From a virus (taxonomy: Duplodnaviria > Caudoviricetes), in IMG/VR virus record IMGVR_UViG_3300032216_001825, positions 1-27,945 of that record: a DNA stretch of 27,945 bases; one strand, 5' to 3'. The notes beneath the pieces are model-generated. The model ran no database searches. It worked only from the letters and a program-made list of their open reading frames with translations, and was not told the DNA's origin. Numbering within the stretch: the stretch's first letter is position 1; each line of letters opens with the position of its first letter. The position numbers were made by a program, and so were the translations under genes. Below, one piece after another: positions 8,794-15,698 of this stretch.

Positions 8794-9077
8794 GCATGTC
8801 AGATAGCTACATCACTGTTGACGAAAAGAACGGCATCACGGGCTTCCATGGCCATGATGCCACCCGGCTCTTGCACGCGCGGACCGTCAAGCATGCGCTA
8901 CGGGCGAACAAGATCGGGTTCCGGCTCACGCGAACCGCGACCCCGACACGCTCGTTTGCAATGGCCAGCAAGATCACTGGCAAGGCCTACAAGCGTGGCC
9001 AGTATGATCAGGCTATCGCTGACGTTAACGAGTGGATATGGGCCATGGAAGCGGCCCTGCCAGTCGTCAAGCGTTGA
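8790..9077 (+). CDS. Hypothetical phage protein (95 aa; alternative ATG at 8796)
   Basis: Overlaps upstream stop (TTGA), GAGAGGG SD; motif GFRLTR...ITGKAYKRGQYDQAIAD. Confidence 0.75.
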   Translation: MSMSDSYITVDEKNGITGFHGHDATRLLHARTVKHALRANKIGFRLTRTATPTRSFAMASKITGKAYKRGQYDQAIADVNEWIWAMEAALPVVKR

Positions 9078-9085
9078 CACTAATC

Positions 9086-9114
9086 GCCCTGGTGATCACT
9101 ATGATCACCAGGGC
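9086..9114. promoter_or_regulatory. Perfect 13-bp inverted repeat overlapping a possible TTGACA promoter
   Basis: GCCCTGGTGATCA-cta-TGATCACCAGGGC; TTGACA at 9074-79 with CACTAT 17 bp downstream; no U-tract. Confidence 0.6.
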
Positions 9115-9135
9115 ACACATAGAAAGGATCATCCC

Positions 9136-9216
9136 ATGATACAGACAATCGAAACTGTTCTCTTCACTGCCACGTGGCTCTTCATCGGCGCGCTTGCCGT
9201 CATCTCGCTCATCTAG
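9136..9216 (+). CDS. 26-aa single-pass membrane peptide
   Basis: MIQTIETVLFTATWLFIGALAVISLI*; preceded by the start-associated repeat; its TAG lies within the next repeat copy. Confidence 0.7.
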   Translation: MIQTIETVLFTATWLFIGALAVISLI

Positions 9217-9229
9217 AAAGGAACATCCC

Positions 9230-9466
9230 ATGACACGACCCATTCACACTATCGCTGACGAGATTATCAAGGATTGGACCAAGCCTTACTTTGGCGCTGT
9301 CCCCTACCTTGGCGCAATGCGGTTCCTCCACACGATAGAGGATAGCTACGGCTATGACGACGCGCGGACCGTCATCCTCTACTTCATGTCCAATGCCACG
9401 ACGTGGCGCGGGGCCAAAGCCCGAGAGATCAAGGCCGAGTTGAAAGCACTGACGGCGCGCCGCTAG
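9230..9466 (+). CDS. Conserved hypothetical phage protein (78 aa)
   Basis: ATG 9230 after repeat SD; RPIHTIADEI..DW..PYFGAVPYL.AM...YFMSNATTWRG..AREIKAELK is recognisable as a widespread phage family of unknown function. Confidence 0.85.
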   Translation: MTRPIHTIADEIIKDWTKPYFGAVPYLGAMRFLHTIEDSYGYDDARTVILYFMSNATTWRGAKAREIKAELKALTARR

Positions 9467-9488
9467 TCCCCGAGATCCCCGCTACCAT

Positions 9489-9519
9489 CCCCCGGTCGAA
9501 AGGCCGGGGGTTATTTTTT
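9489..9519 (+). terminator. Rho-independent terminator
   Basis: CCCCCGGTC-GAAA-GGCCGGGGG followed by TTATTTTTT. Confidence 0.9.
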
Positions 9520-9521
9520 GT

Positions 9522-9612
9522 CTGTCCTCTTGAGTAATTGCATCAAAGGACCGCGCAAAAAGGACCGCGCCGTGGTCCTGTCCTCTTGAGTAATTGCATC
9601 AAAGGACCGCGC
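9522..9612 (+). repeat. 35-bp direct repeat x2 (56-bp period)
   Basis: CTGTCCTCTTGAGTAATTGCATCAAAGGACCGCGC at 9522-9556 and 9578-9612; extra AAAGGACCGCGC between them. Confidence 0.95.
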
Positions 9613-9638
9613 GAAAAAGCCCGCGCGCCATGATAGGG

Positions 9639-9683
9639 TGCGACACTTTGTCGCATTGTGCGCGCCGTGTTTCTCTATACACT
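9639..9683 (+). promoter_or_regulatory. Operator-like palindrome abutting a putative promoter
   Basis: TGCGACA-ctt-TGTCGCA (9639-9655) immediately followed by TTGTGC(9656-61)-16 bp-TACACT(9678-83). Confidence 0.55.
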
Positions 9684-9717
9684 TACTATGTTGACCAGCC
9701 GCAGAAAGGGCTCTCCA

Positions 9718-10494
9718 ATGAACAAGACCGCGCAAGACATGTTAACCGCCCTGCGCAAGGGCGTCTTTACCGGTGTTATCCTATATCGTGGGCCAAGCCT
9801 ATTAGACGGCGCGCCCATTGTGGTTATCGCTAATCGCATAACCGACGCTAGCACTAACAGCAAGACTGGCGCGATGGTGCAGACCTTCATCATACGCGCC
9901 GACGTCGACCCCATGACCGCATTGCGCGGGGGACTAGATAGCAGTGTCTGCGGGGTTTGTATGCATCGGCCCACGAACAACGGGACATGCTACGTTAACG
10001 TGGGCCGGAGCGTGGCCAGTGTATACGGGGCCTTCACGCGCGGCCGTTATGCAGAGCCCGGATCCGACTATGACCGCGCCATTCTCCCGGAGTTATTCGC
10101 CGGGCTTGCGTTTCGCATGGGGACTTATGGGGACCCCACGGCCGCGCCGTTCCAGATCTGGCGGGCTTGCACGTTGAACGCGGCCGCGATTAACGGCTAT
10201 TCGCATCAATGGCGCGATAAACGGTTCGCCGCGTTCAAGCTGCTATGCATGGCTAGCGCCGATAGCACGGCCGACCACGACGACGCCCACGCCGCAGGGT
10301 GGCGCACGTTCCGTGTGAAAGCCATTGGCGCGCCAAGCTTACAGGGTGAAGTCACTTGCCCCGCGTCAAAAGAGGCCGGGCAAAAGACCGTCTGCGCAGA
10401 CTGTCGGGCATGCGGCGGGCAAAGCGCCAAGGCTCGCGCGTCAATCGTAATTGAGGCCCATGGCGTGACCGCTAAACGCTTTCAAGAGGCATAG
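9718..10494 (+). CDS. Cys-rich Fe-S / radical-SAM-like phage protein (258 aa; GP88-like by resemblance)
   Basis: ATG 9718 after AGAAAGGG; ILYRGPSLLDG, NSKTG, CGVC-x9-CYV, RMGTYGD, GYSHQW, MASAD, GWRTFR, CPAS...CADCRAC, AHG. Confidence 0.7.
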   Translation: MNKTAQDMLTALRKGVFTGVILYRGPSLLDGAPIVVIANRITDASTNSKTGAMVQTFIIRADVDPMTALRGGLDSSVCGVCMHRPTNNGTCYVNVGRSVASVYGAFTRGRYAEPGSDYDRAILPELFAGLAFRMGTYGDPTAAPFQIWRACTLNAAAINGYSHQWRDKRFAAFKLLCMASADSTADHDDAHAAGWRTFRVKAIGAPSLQGEVTCPASKEAGQKTVCADCRACGGQSAKARASIVIEAHGVTAKRFQEA

Positions 10495-10498
10495 GACA

Positions 10499-10684
10499 AT
10501 GGTAACGACAACAAAGGACCAGCGACGCGCCCTCGGGCGCGTCTTTTCCCGTGTCGATCTCGGGATTCCCTATCGCGCATTCCGCGCGGCCGTTCAGCCG
10601 ACGTTCGGGTGCGACGGCGCAATCTGTGTCCCGTGGCAGGGGATGTGGCTGTGCATAGAACGCGACGGTTACTGTCACACGTGA
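10499..10684 (+). CDS. Conserved small hypothetical phage protein (61 aa)
   Basis: TKDQRRAL...YRAFR..VQPTFGCDGA..VPWQGMWLCIERDGYCHT; starts 4 nt after previous stop and is followed by a terminator. Confidence 0.8.
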   Translation: MVTTTKDQRRALGRVFSRVDLGIPYRAFRAAVQPTFGCDGAICVPWQGMWLCIERDGYCHT

Positions 10685-10706
10685 AACATTGCATCAAAGG
10701 CCCGCG

Positions 10707-10739
10707 ACCCCCGGACGTTCCAACGCCCGGGGGTTTTTT
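10707..10739 (+). terminator. Rho-independent terminator
   Basis: ACCCCCGG-a-CGTT-cc-AACG-c-CCGGGGGT followed by TTTTT. Confidence 0.85.
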
Positions 10740-10743
10740 CGCG

Positions 10744-11250
10744 TCAGATTGTTGCACCCGCCTGTGCGATTGGATCAAAGGCCCGCGAGCCATGCGTCTG
10801 GTGCATAGGTCTAATTGCATCTAAGGCCCGCGCCGCCGCCATGTCAAGGAACATGGACCACGGATCGCGGTAGCTAAGTGTCTGATCTGGTTCAGCTTTT
10901 CCCATTGCATCGTCCCAAAGGTCCGCGACCCGTGAACCATTGTAAATCCTGAGACTCTGGGACTCTGGATGGCTGACCATGTTCCAGACGCATGGCGAAA
11001 CCCTAGATCTGGCGGTTTGCCATGCAATTTGCGCAGGTCTCCACAGCCCGGCTGTTTTGTAAGCCTTGGTTTTACAGACCTTGAGTTCCACCCATATCTC
11101 AATAGGCGATTGCTGGCCTTTATAGGGCCACTGGTAGGCCCCATTGATGTCAGGGATACCCGCCCCTACCCTCGCCTCGATTCGCGTCCAGTGGACGTCC
11201 CTGCTCGTCTCCCGCTTCAGACTCTGCCAGATTGCCGTCTCGGTTTTCAA
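10744..11250 (-). CDS. PD-(D/E)XK nuclease, VRR-NUC / Holliday-junction-resolvase-like
   Basis: N-terminal E (MKTETAIW), WTRIE, GIPD, WVELK, RPAQIAW; ATGA overlap with TerS. Confidence 0.85.
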   Translation of the reverse strand: MKTETAIWQSLKRETSRDVHWTRIEARVGAGIPDINGAYQWPYKGQQSPIEIWVELKVCKTKAYKTAGLWRPAQIAWQTARSRVSPCVWNMVSHPESQSLRIYNGSRVADLWDDAMGKAEPDQTLSYRDPWSMFLDMAAARALDAIRPMHQTHGSRAFDPIAQAGATI

Positions 11251-11843
11251 AGGTCGATCTCCTCGGCCATGCGCTGGCGCTCTTCCTCCGGGATGAAGTC
11301 GGGCAGCGAATCGGGATCCCGAGCATTGGCCACCATGTCGAGGGTGGGCGATGTCGAGTTCATCAGGATGGGGAACTGCTGCTGTAGCTTGGCAATCTCG
11401 GCGATGACGTCCTCGCGGCTCATCTGGTCGATCTTTCCCACAAGGATCTCGCTGCGGGAGATATACAGACCACCGGCCTGTCCTCGAGACTTCTCAGCCG
11501 CGACGGCGGCGGTGTAGTTCCCCTTCTCCAGAGCCATGTCGCGGATCTTAGCAAGCTGACGAATGTGGCTGTCAAAGGTCACCTCGTATTTGCGGGACAG
11601 TTCTTCCTTGATCTCGGCAATACGGACCAGAACGTGAGGATAGTCCCGACCGTTCAGGAACCGGGACGCTGCCCACGAGGCTGTGCCGTCCCCGTAACCG
11701 GCCAGACGAGCCGCCTCAGTGCGGGTGACGTCCTCGGTGGCATAGATCCGACAGAATTTCTCCTGCTTCTCGGTGAGCCCCTTGGTCTTGGGGTTCACAA
11801 GGATGTCCATCTTGGGCTTGTGCGTGGCTTTAGCTGTGGCCAT
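11247..11843 (-). CDS. terS: Terminase small subunit (198 aa)
   Basis: ATG 11843 after AGAGGA SD; LTEKQEKFCRIY...TEAARLAGY...ASRFL..PHV..RIAE HTH signature; AAVAAEKSRGQAGGLY. Confidence 0.85.
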   Translation of the reverse strand: MATAKATHKPKMDILVNPKTKGLTEKQEKFCRIYATEDVTRTEAARLAGYGDGTASWAASRFLNGRDYPHVLVRIAEIKEELSRKYEVTFDSHIRQLAKIRDMALEKGNYTAAVAAEKSRGQAGGLYISRSEILVGKIDQMSREDVIAEIAKLQQQFPILMNSTSPTLDMVANARDPDSLPDFIPEEERQRMAEEIDL

Positions 11844-12411
11844 GTTGTCCTCTTTGGACTGGGAAGTCGGGCGCGATGGCGTCAACGATCAGGTGGACCC
11901 TATCGGTGTCGCCATGGTTGGCGGCGGAATGGGGCAGCGTATGGTTGAACCACCAGCACGACCCCTGTTTCCAATGCTCCACCTCGCCCCCGGTGGTGTT
12001 CGTGCATCCCGGGTTGGTGGACAGGACGATGTGAAACCGGGCGAACGTGTCCGCGTAGGACCCCACATCGACATGCTCAGACACTACACCGCCGGGGCGC
12101 AAGTTGACAATCAAGACTCGGCCGAGCCGTTCGACTTGCAACAGGTCTGTCAGGATCGGCCCCAGCACGGGCGCTAACACGGGGCGCAGCTTGTCAAAGG
12201 CCGGATAGTCAAAGCTCCCGGTGTCGTGGAAGTACTTGCGAAGGGTGAAGGCCTCAGGCCCTCTTACGAAGATGCACTCGGTGTCCCGGTGCGTTCCCCC
12301 CGGGTGGTCCTGCCGAGCGGTGATCTCGGACCACATCTCAGGGTTTCCCTTGAGTGTATCAAGTATCGGCTGCACGTGCAGCCCCATTGCTAATGGTCGA
12401 CTGGTCGCCAT
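11830..12411 (-). CDS. 2OG-Fe(II) oxygenase, aspartyl/asparaginyl beta-hydroxylase family (193 aa)
   Basis: GGAGG SD before ATG 12411; LGRVLIVNLRPGG...EHVD (HxD), RFHIVL, WWFNHTLPHSAAN (distal His), DRVHLIVD (2OG-binding Arg). Confidence 0.88.
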   Translation of the reverse strand: MATSRPLAMGLHVQPILDTLKGNPEMWSEITARQDHPGGTHRDTECIFVRGPEAFTLRKYFHDTGSFDYPAFDKLRPVLAPVLGPILTDLLQVERLGRVLIVNLRPGGVVSEHVDVGSYADTFARFHIVLSTNPGCTNTTGGEVEHWKQGSCWWFNHTLPHSAANHGDTDRVHLIVDAIAPDFPVQRGQHGHS

Positions 12412-12464
12412 GCGGTCCTCCATCGGTGTCCGAGGCCCCATTCTACCATAGAGAGAAGGGTAAA

Positions 12465-12705
12465 TCACAGGGTTGTCACAGGGTGTGTCCTTACAATACC
12501 GGGGGATCACAGGGATCACAGGGTATTTTCAATATTTCGATTTTCTGTTTCCGAGGCAGTCCCCTACGTGTGCGCACGATAGAGTTACAATGTTGACTAT
12601 TCTACTTTTACCGCGCGCGGCCGGAAAACTTCAATTCTCAAACAACCCTGTGATCCCTGTGATCCCCCGGTATTCTAAGGACACACCCTGTGATCAACCC
12701 TGTGA
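12465..12705. repeat. 60-bp inverted repeat with 4+4 TCACAGGG iterons; candidate replication origin
   Basis: Arms 12465-12524 and 12645-12705 are reverse complements with 1 mismatch and 1 indel; 120-bp spacer with AT-rich edges; lies between divergent operons. Confidence 0.9.
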
Positions 12706-12782
12706 CAAGACCTTTTCTCTATAGAAAAACCCCCGTCGTCAGGTTCCATAATACCGGACCAAAAATAATTCTTCACTACCTG

Positions 12783-12812
12783 TTGACAATCCGCACACCC
12801 CTGTCCTATCCT
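12783..12812 (+). promoter_or_regulatory. Putative sigma70 promoter of accessory operon
   Basis: TTGACA(12783-88)-18 bp-TATCCT(12807-12), preceded by AT-rich UP-like AAAAATAATT. Confidence 0.65.
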
Positions 12813-12865
12813 TACATCAGACCGAGAGATGATTCGCGGTCCACTCACACAGAAAGGTGAGCCCC

Positions 12866-13126
12866 ATGTCCAACCTGACCGAGACAGAACACACCATCCT
12901 CGCCGAGGTCCGTCACCACGCGCGCAGCCTGACCGAGACCACCTCCGCCTTGTACTGGGACACCCCGTTCGAGGCCGTCTTGATCCGTCGCCTCCGGGAC
13001 GACCTGTCCAAGCTCGTCACCCTGTACGACACCCCTGAGGTGGCCAGCATCCTCCAGCGGTCCCCGACCCGCACCCGGTACTCTTGGGACGGCCACACCA
13101 CCACGATCCATGTGGAGACAGTCTGA
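12866..13126 (+). CDS. Hypothetical protein (86 aa)
   Basis: AGAAAGGTGA SD; first of a translationally coupled chain. Confidence 0.75.
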   Translation: MSNLTETEHTILAEVRHHARSLTETTSALYWDTPFEAVLIRRLRDDLSKLVTLYDTPEVASILQRSPTRTRYSWDGHTTTIHVETV

Positions 13127-13308
13127 TGGCCCGCTACGCTGTGAAGGAGCGCCTTCATCTGGTCGTCGTCACCTACGTGGACGCCCACAACCGCCTTGAG
13201 GCCATGGATCTTGTCACGGACATGGACATCTTTGACTATGACCGGATCATCGAGACCGACATCGAGATCCTCGGCGTGACTGAGGCTGAATCAGAGGAGG
13301 ACCTCTAA
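13126..13308 (+). CDS. Small acidic hypothetical protein (60 aa)
   Basis: TGATG coupling, GGAG SD; MARYAVKERLHLVVVTYVDAHNRLEAMD...EAESEEDL. Confidence 0.75.
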   Translation: MARYAVKERLHLVVVTYVDAHNRLEAMDLVTDMDIFDYDRIIETDIEILGVTEAESEEDL

Positions 13309-13580
13309 TGTCCCACGCCCCCCGCCAAGTCGAGACCCACAAGGTCACCTTGCGCACGGTCATGCGCCGGGCGTCCTTTGTCCACGGTCACCGGTCCTTC
13401 CTGCAAGGCAAGCCGCTCGTGTACGACGCCTACCCCCACGACATCAACGAGCAGTGGTCCTATGAGCGCGGCCGTCAATTCGCTGCCCTCTGGCCCCACC
13501 CTGTAAAGAACAAGGCCACCATCCGCATGGACGCCCTGCGCGCCTACGCTGCGGCCCTGAACCGGAGGGACGTCGTATGA
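13308..13580 (+). CDS. Hypothetical protein (90 aa)
   Basis: TAATG coupling, GAGGAGG SD; motif QWSYERGRQFA. Confidence 0.8.
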   Translation: MSHAPRQVETHKVTLRTVMRRASFVHGHRSFLQGKPLVYDAYPHDINEQWSYERGRQFAALWPHPVKNKATIRMDALRAYAAALNRRDVV

Positions 13581-14056
13581 CCATCAGCTATAACTTCGTG
13601 ATCGACCAAAGGACGAACCCCGCCACTAATCCATCTTATGTGGCGGGTCGCTACCTCGTGTATCTCGACTCGGTCTCCGACAAGGTGGGCCTGATCGACC
13701 GGGAGTTCCTTGGGGACTTTGCCACCTTTGAAGAGGCCAAGGCCTGCATGGACAAGCAGCCCTGCCCCGACGCACGGGACAGCTTCCACGGATCCCGCTC
13801 CATCAAGGACAGGGAGCCCACTGACGCCGACATCTTCGCCTTTGTGGACCTTGCCAAGGCCTACTACGGCAAGCACCCCAGTGACCTCTCCACGGAGATC
13901 TGCGACCGTCTGGTTCGCGAGGTCTTGTACGGCGAGCAGTTTCTGGACGAAGAGCAGGAGGAATACCGGGACCAGAACCCCAGCATGGTCGTCTGGACGG
14001 GAATCTATGACCGCGAGGTCTACCTCAGCGAAAAGCCCACCCCTAAGAACGATTAA
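13577..14056 (+). CDS. Hypothetical protein (159 aa)
   Basis: ATGA coupling, GGAGG SD. Confidence 0.8.
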   Translation: MTISYNFVIDQRTNPATNPSYVAGRYLVYLDSVSDKVGLIDREFLGDFATFEEAKACMDKQPCPDARDSFHGSRSIKDREPTDADIFAFVDLAKAYYGKHPSDLSTEICDRLVREVLYGEQFLDEEQEEYRDQNPSMVVWTGIYDREVYLSEKPTPKND

Positions 14057-14075
14057 CCCCAGAAAGGAACAGCAC

Positions 14076-14813
14076 ATGAACTTTCTCAGCTACCTCGGCG
14101 GGATCCCCGCCTCTGCAAAAGAAGCCGTCGACGTCATCACCAAGGGTCCAGCTCCGACCGAGCTGGAGCTATCCCTGCGCCAAATGCATGCCGACCACCT
14201 CGCCGCCATGCAGGCCATCAAGAACCTCACCGAGATCTCGGTGAGCCAGACCACAAGGACCGTGGACCAAGTAACGATGCTCAGGGACCTGAAGCGCGTG
14301 ATCACCGCCTCGGAGGCCAAGCACTTCGCCGCCTTTGAACTGGCGCAGCGCCCCGTGCTGCGGGCCGTCGGGGAACTGTCCAGCAACATCGACAAGGTTC
14401 ACGCGGTCCTCGTCGACAAACTGAACAAGATGGATGCCGACATTCACAAACTAAAGCGTGACCATCACGACGAACTTGACGCCCACACCTACGTCCTGAA
14501 CCAGAAGCTGACCATCGTCGCCGAGCGTGTCGACCGCCTTTGCCGAATCCTCGTCACGAATAACCTGATCAAAAATCCTGACAATGTCCCACCGCCCCCG
14601 CCCCCGCCCCCGAAACCCCAAGGTGGCAACCGCAGGGGCGCGGGCCGCAAGCCGGGGTCCAAGCCCCGCCCTCTGGAGGCCCAGTACGCCGACATATCGG
14701 ACCGCCTCCAGCGGAGCCGCCCAAACAGCAAGTCGCGCCTGATGTACCAGTTCAAGCTCACCGAGTTGCGTCAGAAGATGGGCATGGCCCCGATCCGGAA
14801 GGAAAGCAAATGA
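14076..14813 (+). CDS. Coiled-coil protein with poly-Pro linker and GGxRxGAGRK DNA-binding-like motif (245 aa)
   Basis: ATG 14076 after AGAAAGGA; helical body, PPPPPPPP, GGNRRGAGRKPGSKPR. Confidence 0.75.
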   Translation: MNFLSYLGGIPASAKEAVDVITKGPAPTELELSLRQMHADHLAAMQAIKNLTEISVSQTTRTVDQVTMLRDLKRVITASEAKHFAAFELAQRPVLRAVGELSSNIDKVHAVLVDKLNKMDADIHKLKRDHHDELDAHTYVLNQKLTIVAERVDRLCRILVTNNLIKNPDNVPPPPPPPPKPQGGNRRGAGRKPGSKPRPLEAQYADISDRLQRSRPNSKSRLMYQFKLTELRQKMGMAPIRKESK

Positions 14814-15205
14814 TCTGCTCTGTTCTCGCCATCTGCGCCGTCATTTCCGGAAACCCGTCAGTCCATGACGGGGACACGCTCACGATCCACGGACAGGCCA
14901 TCCGCCTGTTTGGGGTCGACGCTGAGGAACTCGACGAGCCTCATGGGCCGCAAGCCCGTGACGCCCTGCGCGCCCTCGTCAGGAAGACCGAGTACGTTCG
15001 CTGCGAACTGAGCGGAGAGCGGTCCTACAATCGTCTGGTGGGCGTCTGCCACACGGCGGAAGGCCTGAACCTCAACGAGGCCATGATCCGTGGAGGACAC
15101 GCCTTGGACTGTGCCAGATATTCTGGCGGTCTTTACCGTCAGTTTGAGCCCATGGCCATCCGCCTGACCCTTACCCAGAAACCCTATTGCAGGACAAAGC
15201 AATGA
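14810..15205 (+). CDS. Thermonuclease (SNase-like)
   Basis: HDGDTL, IRLFGVDAEE, SYNRLVG, LNEAMIRGGHA, RYSGGLY. Confidence 0.92.
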   Translation: MICSVLAICAVISGNPSVHDGDTLTIHGQAIRLFGVDAEELDEPHGPQARDALRALVRKTEYVRCELSGERSYNRLVGVCHTAEGLNLNEAMIRGGHALDCARYSGGLYRQFEPMAIRLTLTQKPYCRTKQ

Positions 15206-15471
15206 CCGCAAAGCCCCTCACCAACAATGAGGCTCACACGCTTGCGTGTGAGCTGGAGACGCAGATCCTGAAGGTCCTGCAAGGAACCGTGGACTATGTC
15301 GCAATGACCGCCCTGACCTACGCCACCGCCACCCTGATCGTGCAGCTACCCATCCGGGGGTCCAACACAAACGAACGGTTGGACATGTTCGATGGTCAGT
15401 TGCGCACGGCTGTCGGTCTCCTGAAGAAGCACCGGATGGACGCCGAACGGCATCGAAGGGCGATGAACTGA
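15202..15471 (+). CDS. Hypothetical protein (89 aa)
   Basis: ATGA overlap with SNase stop; AGGA SD. Confidence 0.7.
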   Translation: MTAKPLTNNEAHTLACELETQILKVLQGTVDYVAMTALTYATATLIVQLPIRGSNTNERLDMFDGQLRTAVGLLKKHRMDAERHRRAMN

Positions 15472-15698
15472 TGACCAAGGATGAGATCGATGACCTGTTG
15501 CTCCGGGTTTACAACGCCCGGGTGGACACGGACAGTGGACCGGGATCCGCTGCGCGCATGATGAAAAAGGATGCTGACGGCGGCAAGAAACAACGCGCCC
15601 GCGCCCTCCTCTACCAGCCCGTCGTCTTGGAAGTGCTGGTGCAGTTGGGCCTGTACGAACGTCACTTACCGCCCAAGAGGGGGAGCGCAGGACCATGA
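15471..15698 (+). CDS. Hypothetical protein (75 aa)
   Basis: TGATG coupling upstream and ATGA coupling downstream. Confidence 0.65.
   Translation: MTKDEIDDLLLRVYNARVDTDSGPGSAARMMKKDADGGKKQRARALLYQPVVLEVLVQLGLYERHLPPKRGSAGP

Larger units (their letters stand above)
8531..9234 (+). repeat. Repeated start-associated sequence CTAGAAAGGAACATCCCATGAC
   Basis: Exact 22-mer at 8531-8552 and 9213-9234; one-mismatch copy TAGAAAGGATCATCCCATGA at 9120-9139. Each ends in a start codon. Confidence 0.95.

Noticed and set aside
9522-9612. Mini CRISPR array (35-bp repeats, 21-bp spacer)
   Set aside because: Only two repeats, the spacer is itself mostly a repeat sub-motif (AAAGGACCGCGC), and no cas genes are present.
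12465-12705. IS/transposon terminal inverted repeats
   Set aside because: No transposase and no target-site duplication seen; internal iteron structure fits an origin better.
12412-12724. N-terminal extension of the hydroxylase to 12519 and ORFs 12354-12596, 12473-12724
   Set aside because: They run through the inverted repeat; a GGAGG SD supports ATG 12411.
13710-14075. Extension making a 367-aa ORF
   Set aside because: Overlaps the 13577-14056 gene out of frame; strong SD at ATG 14076.
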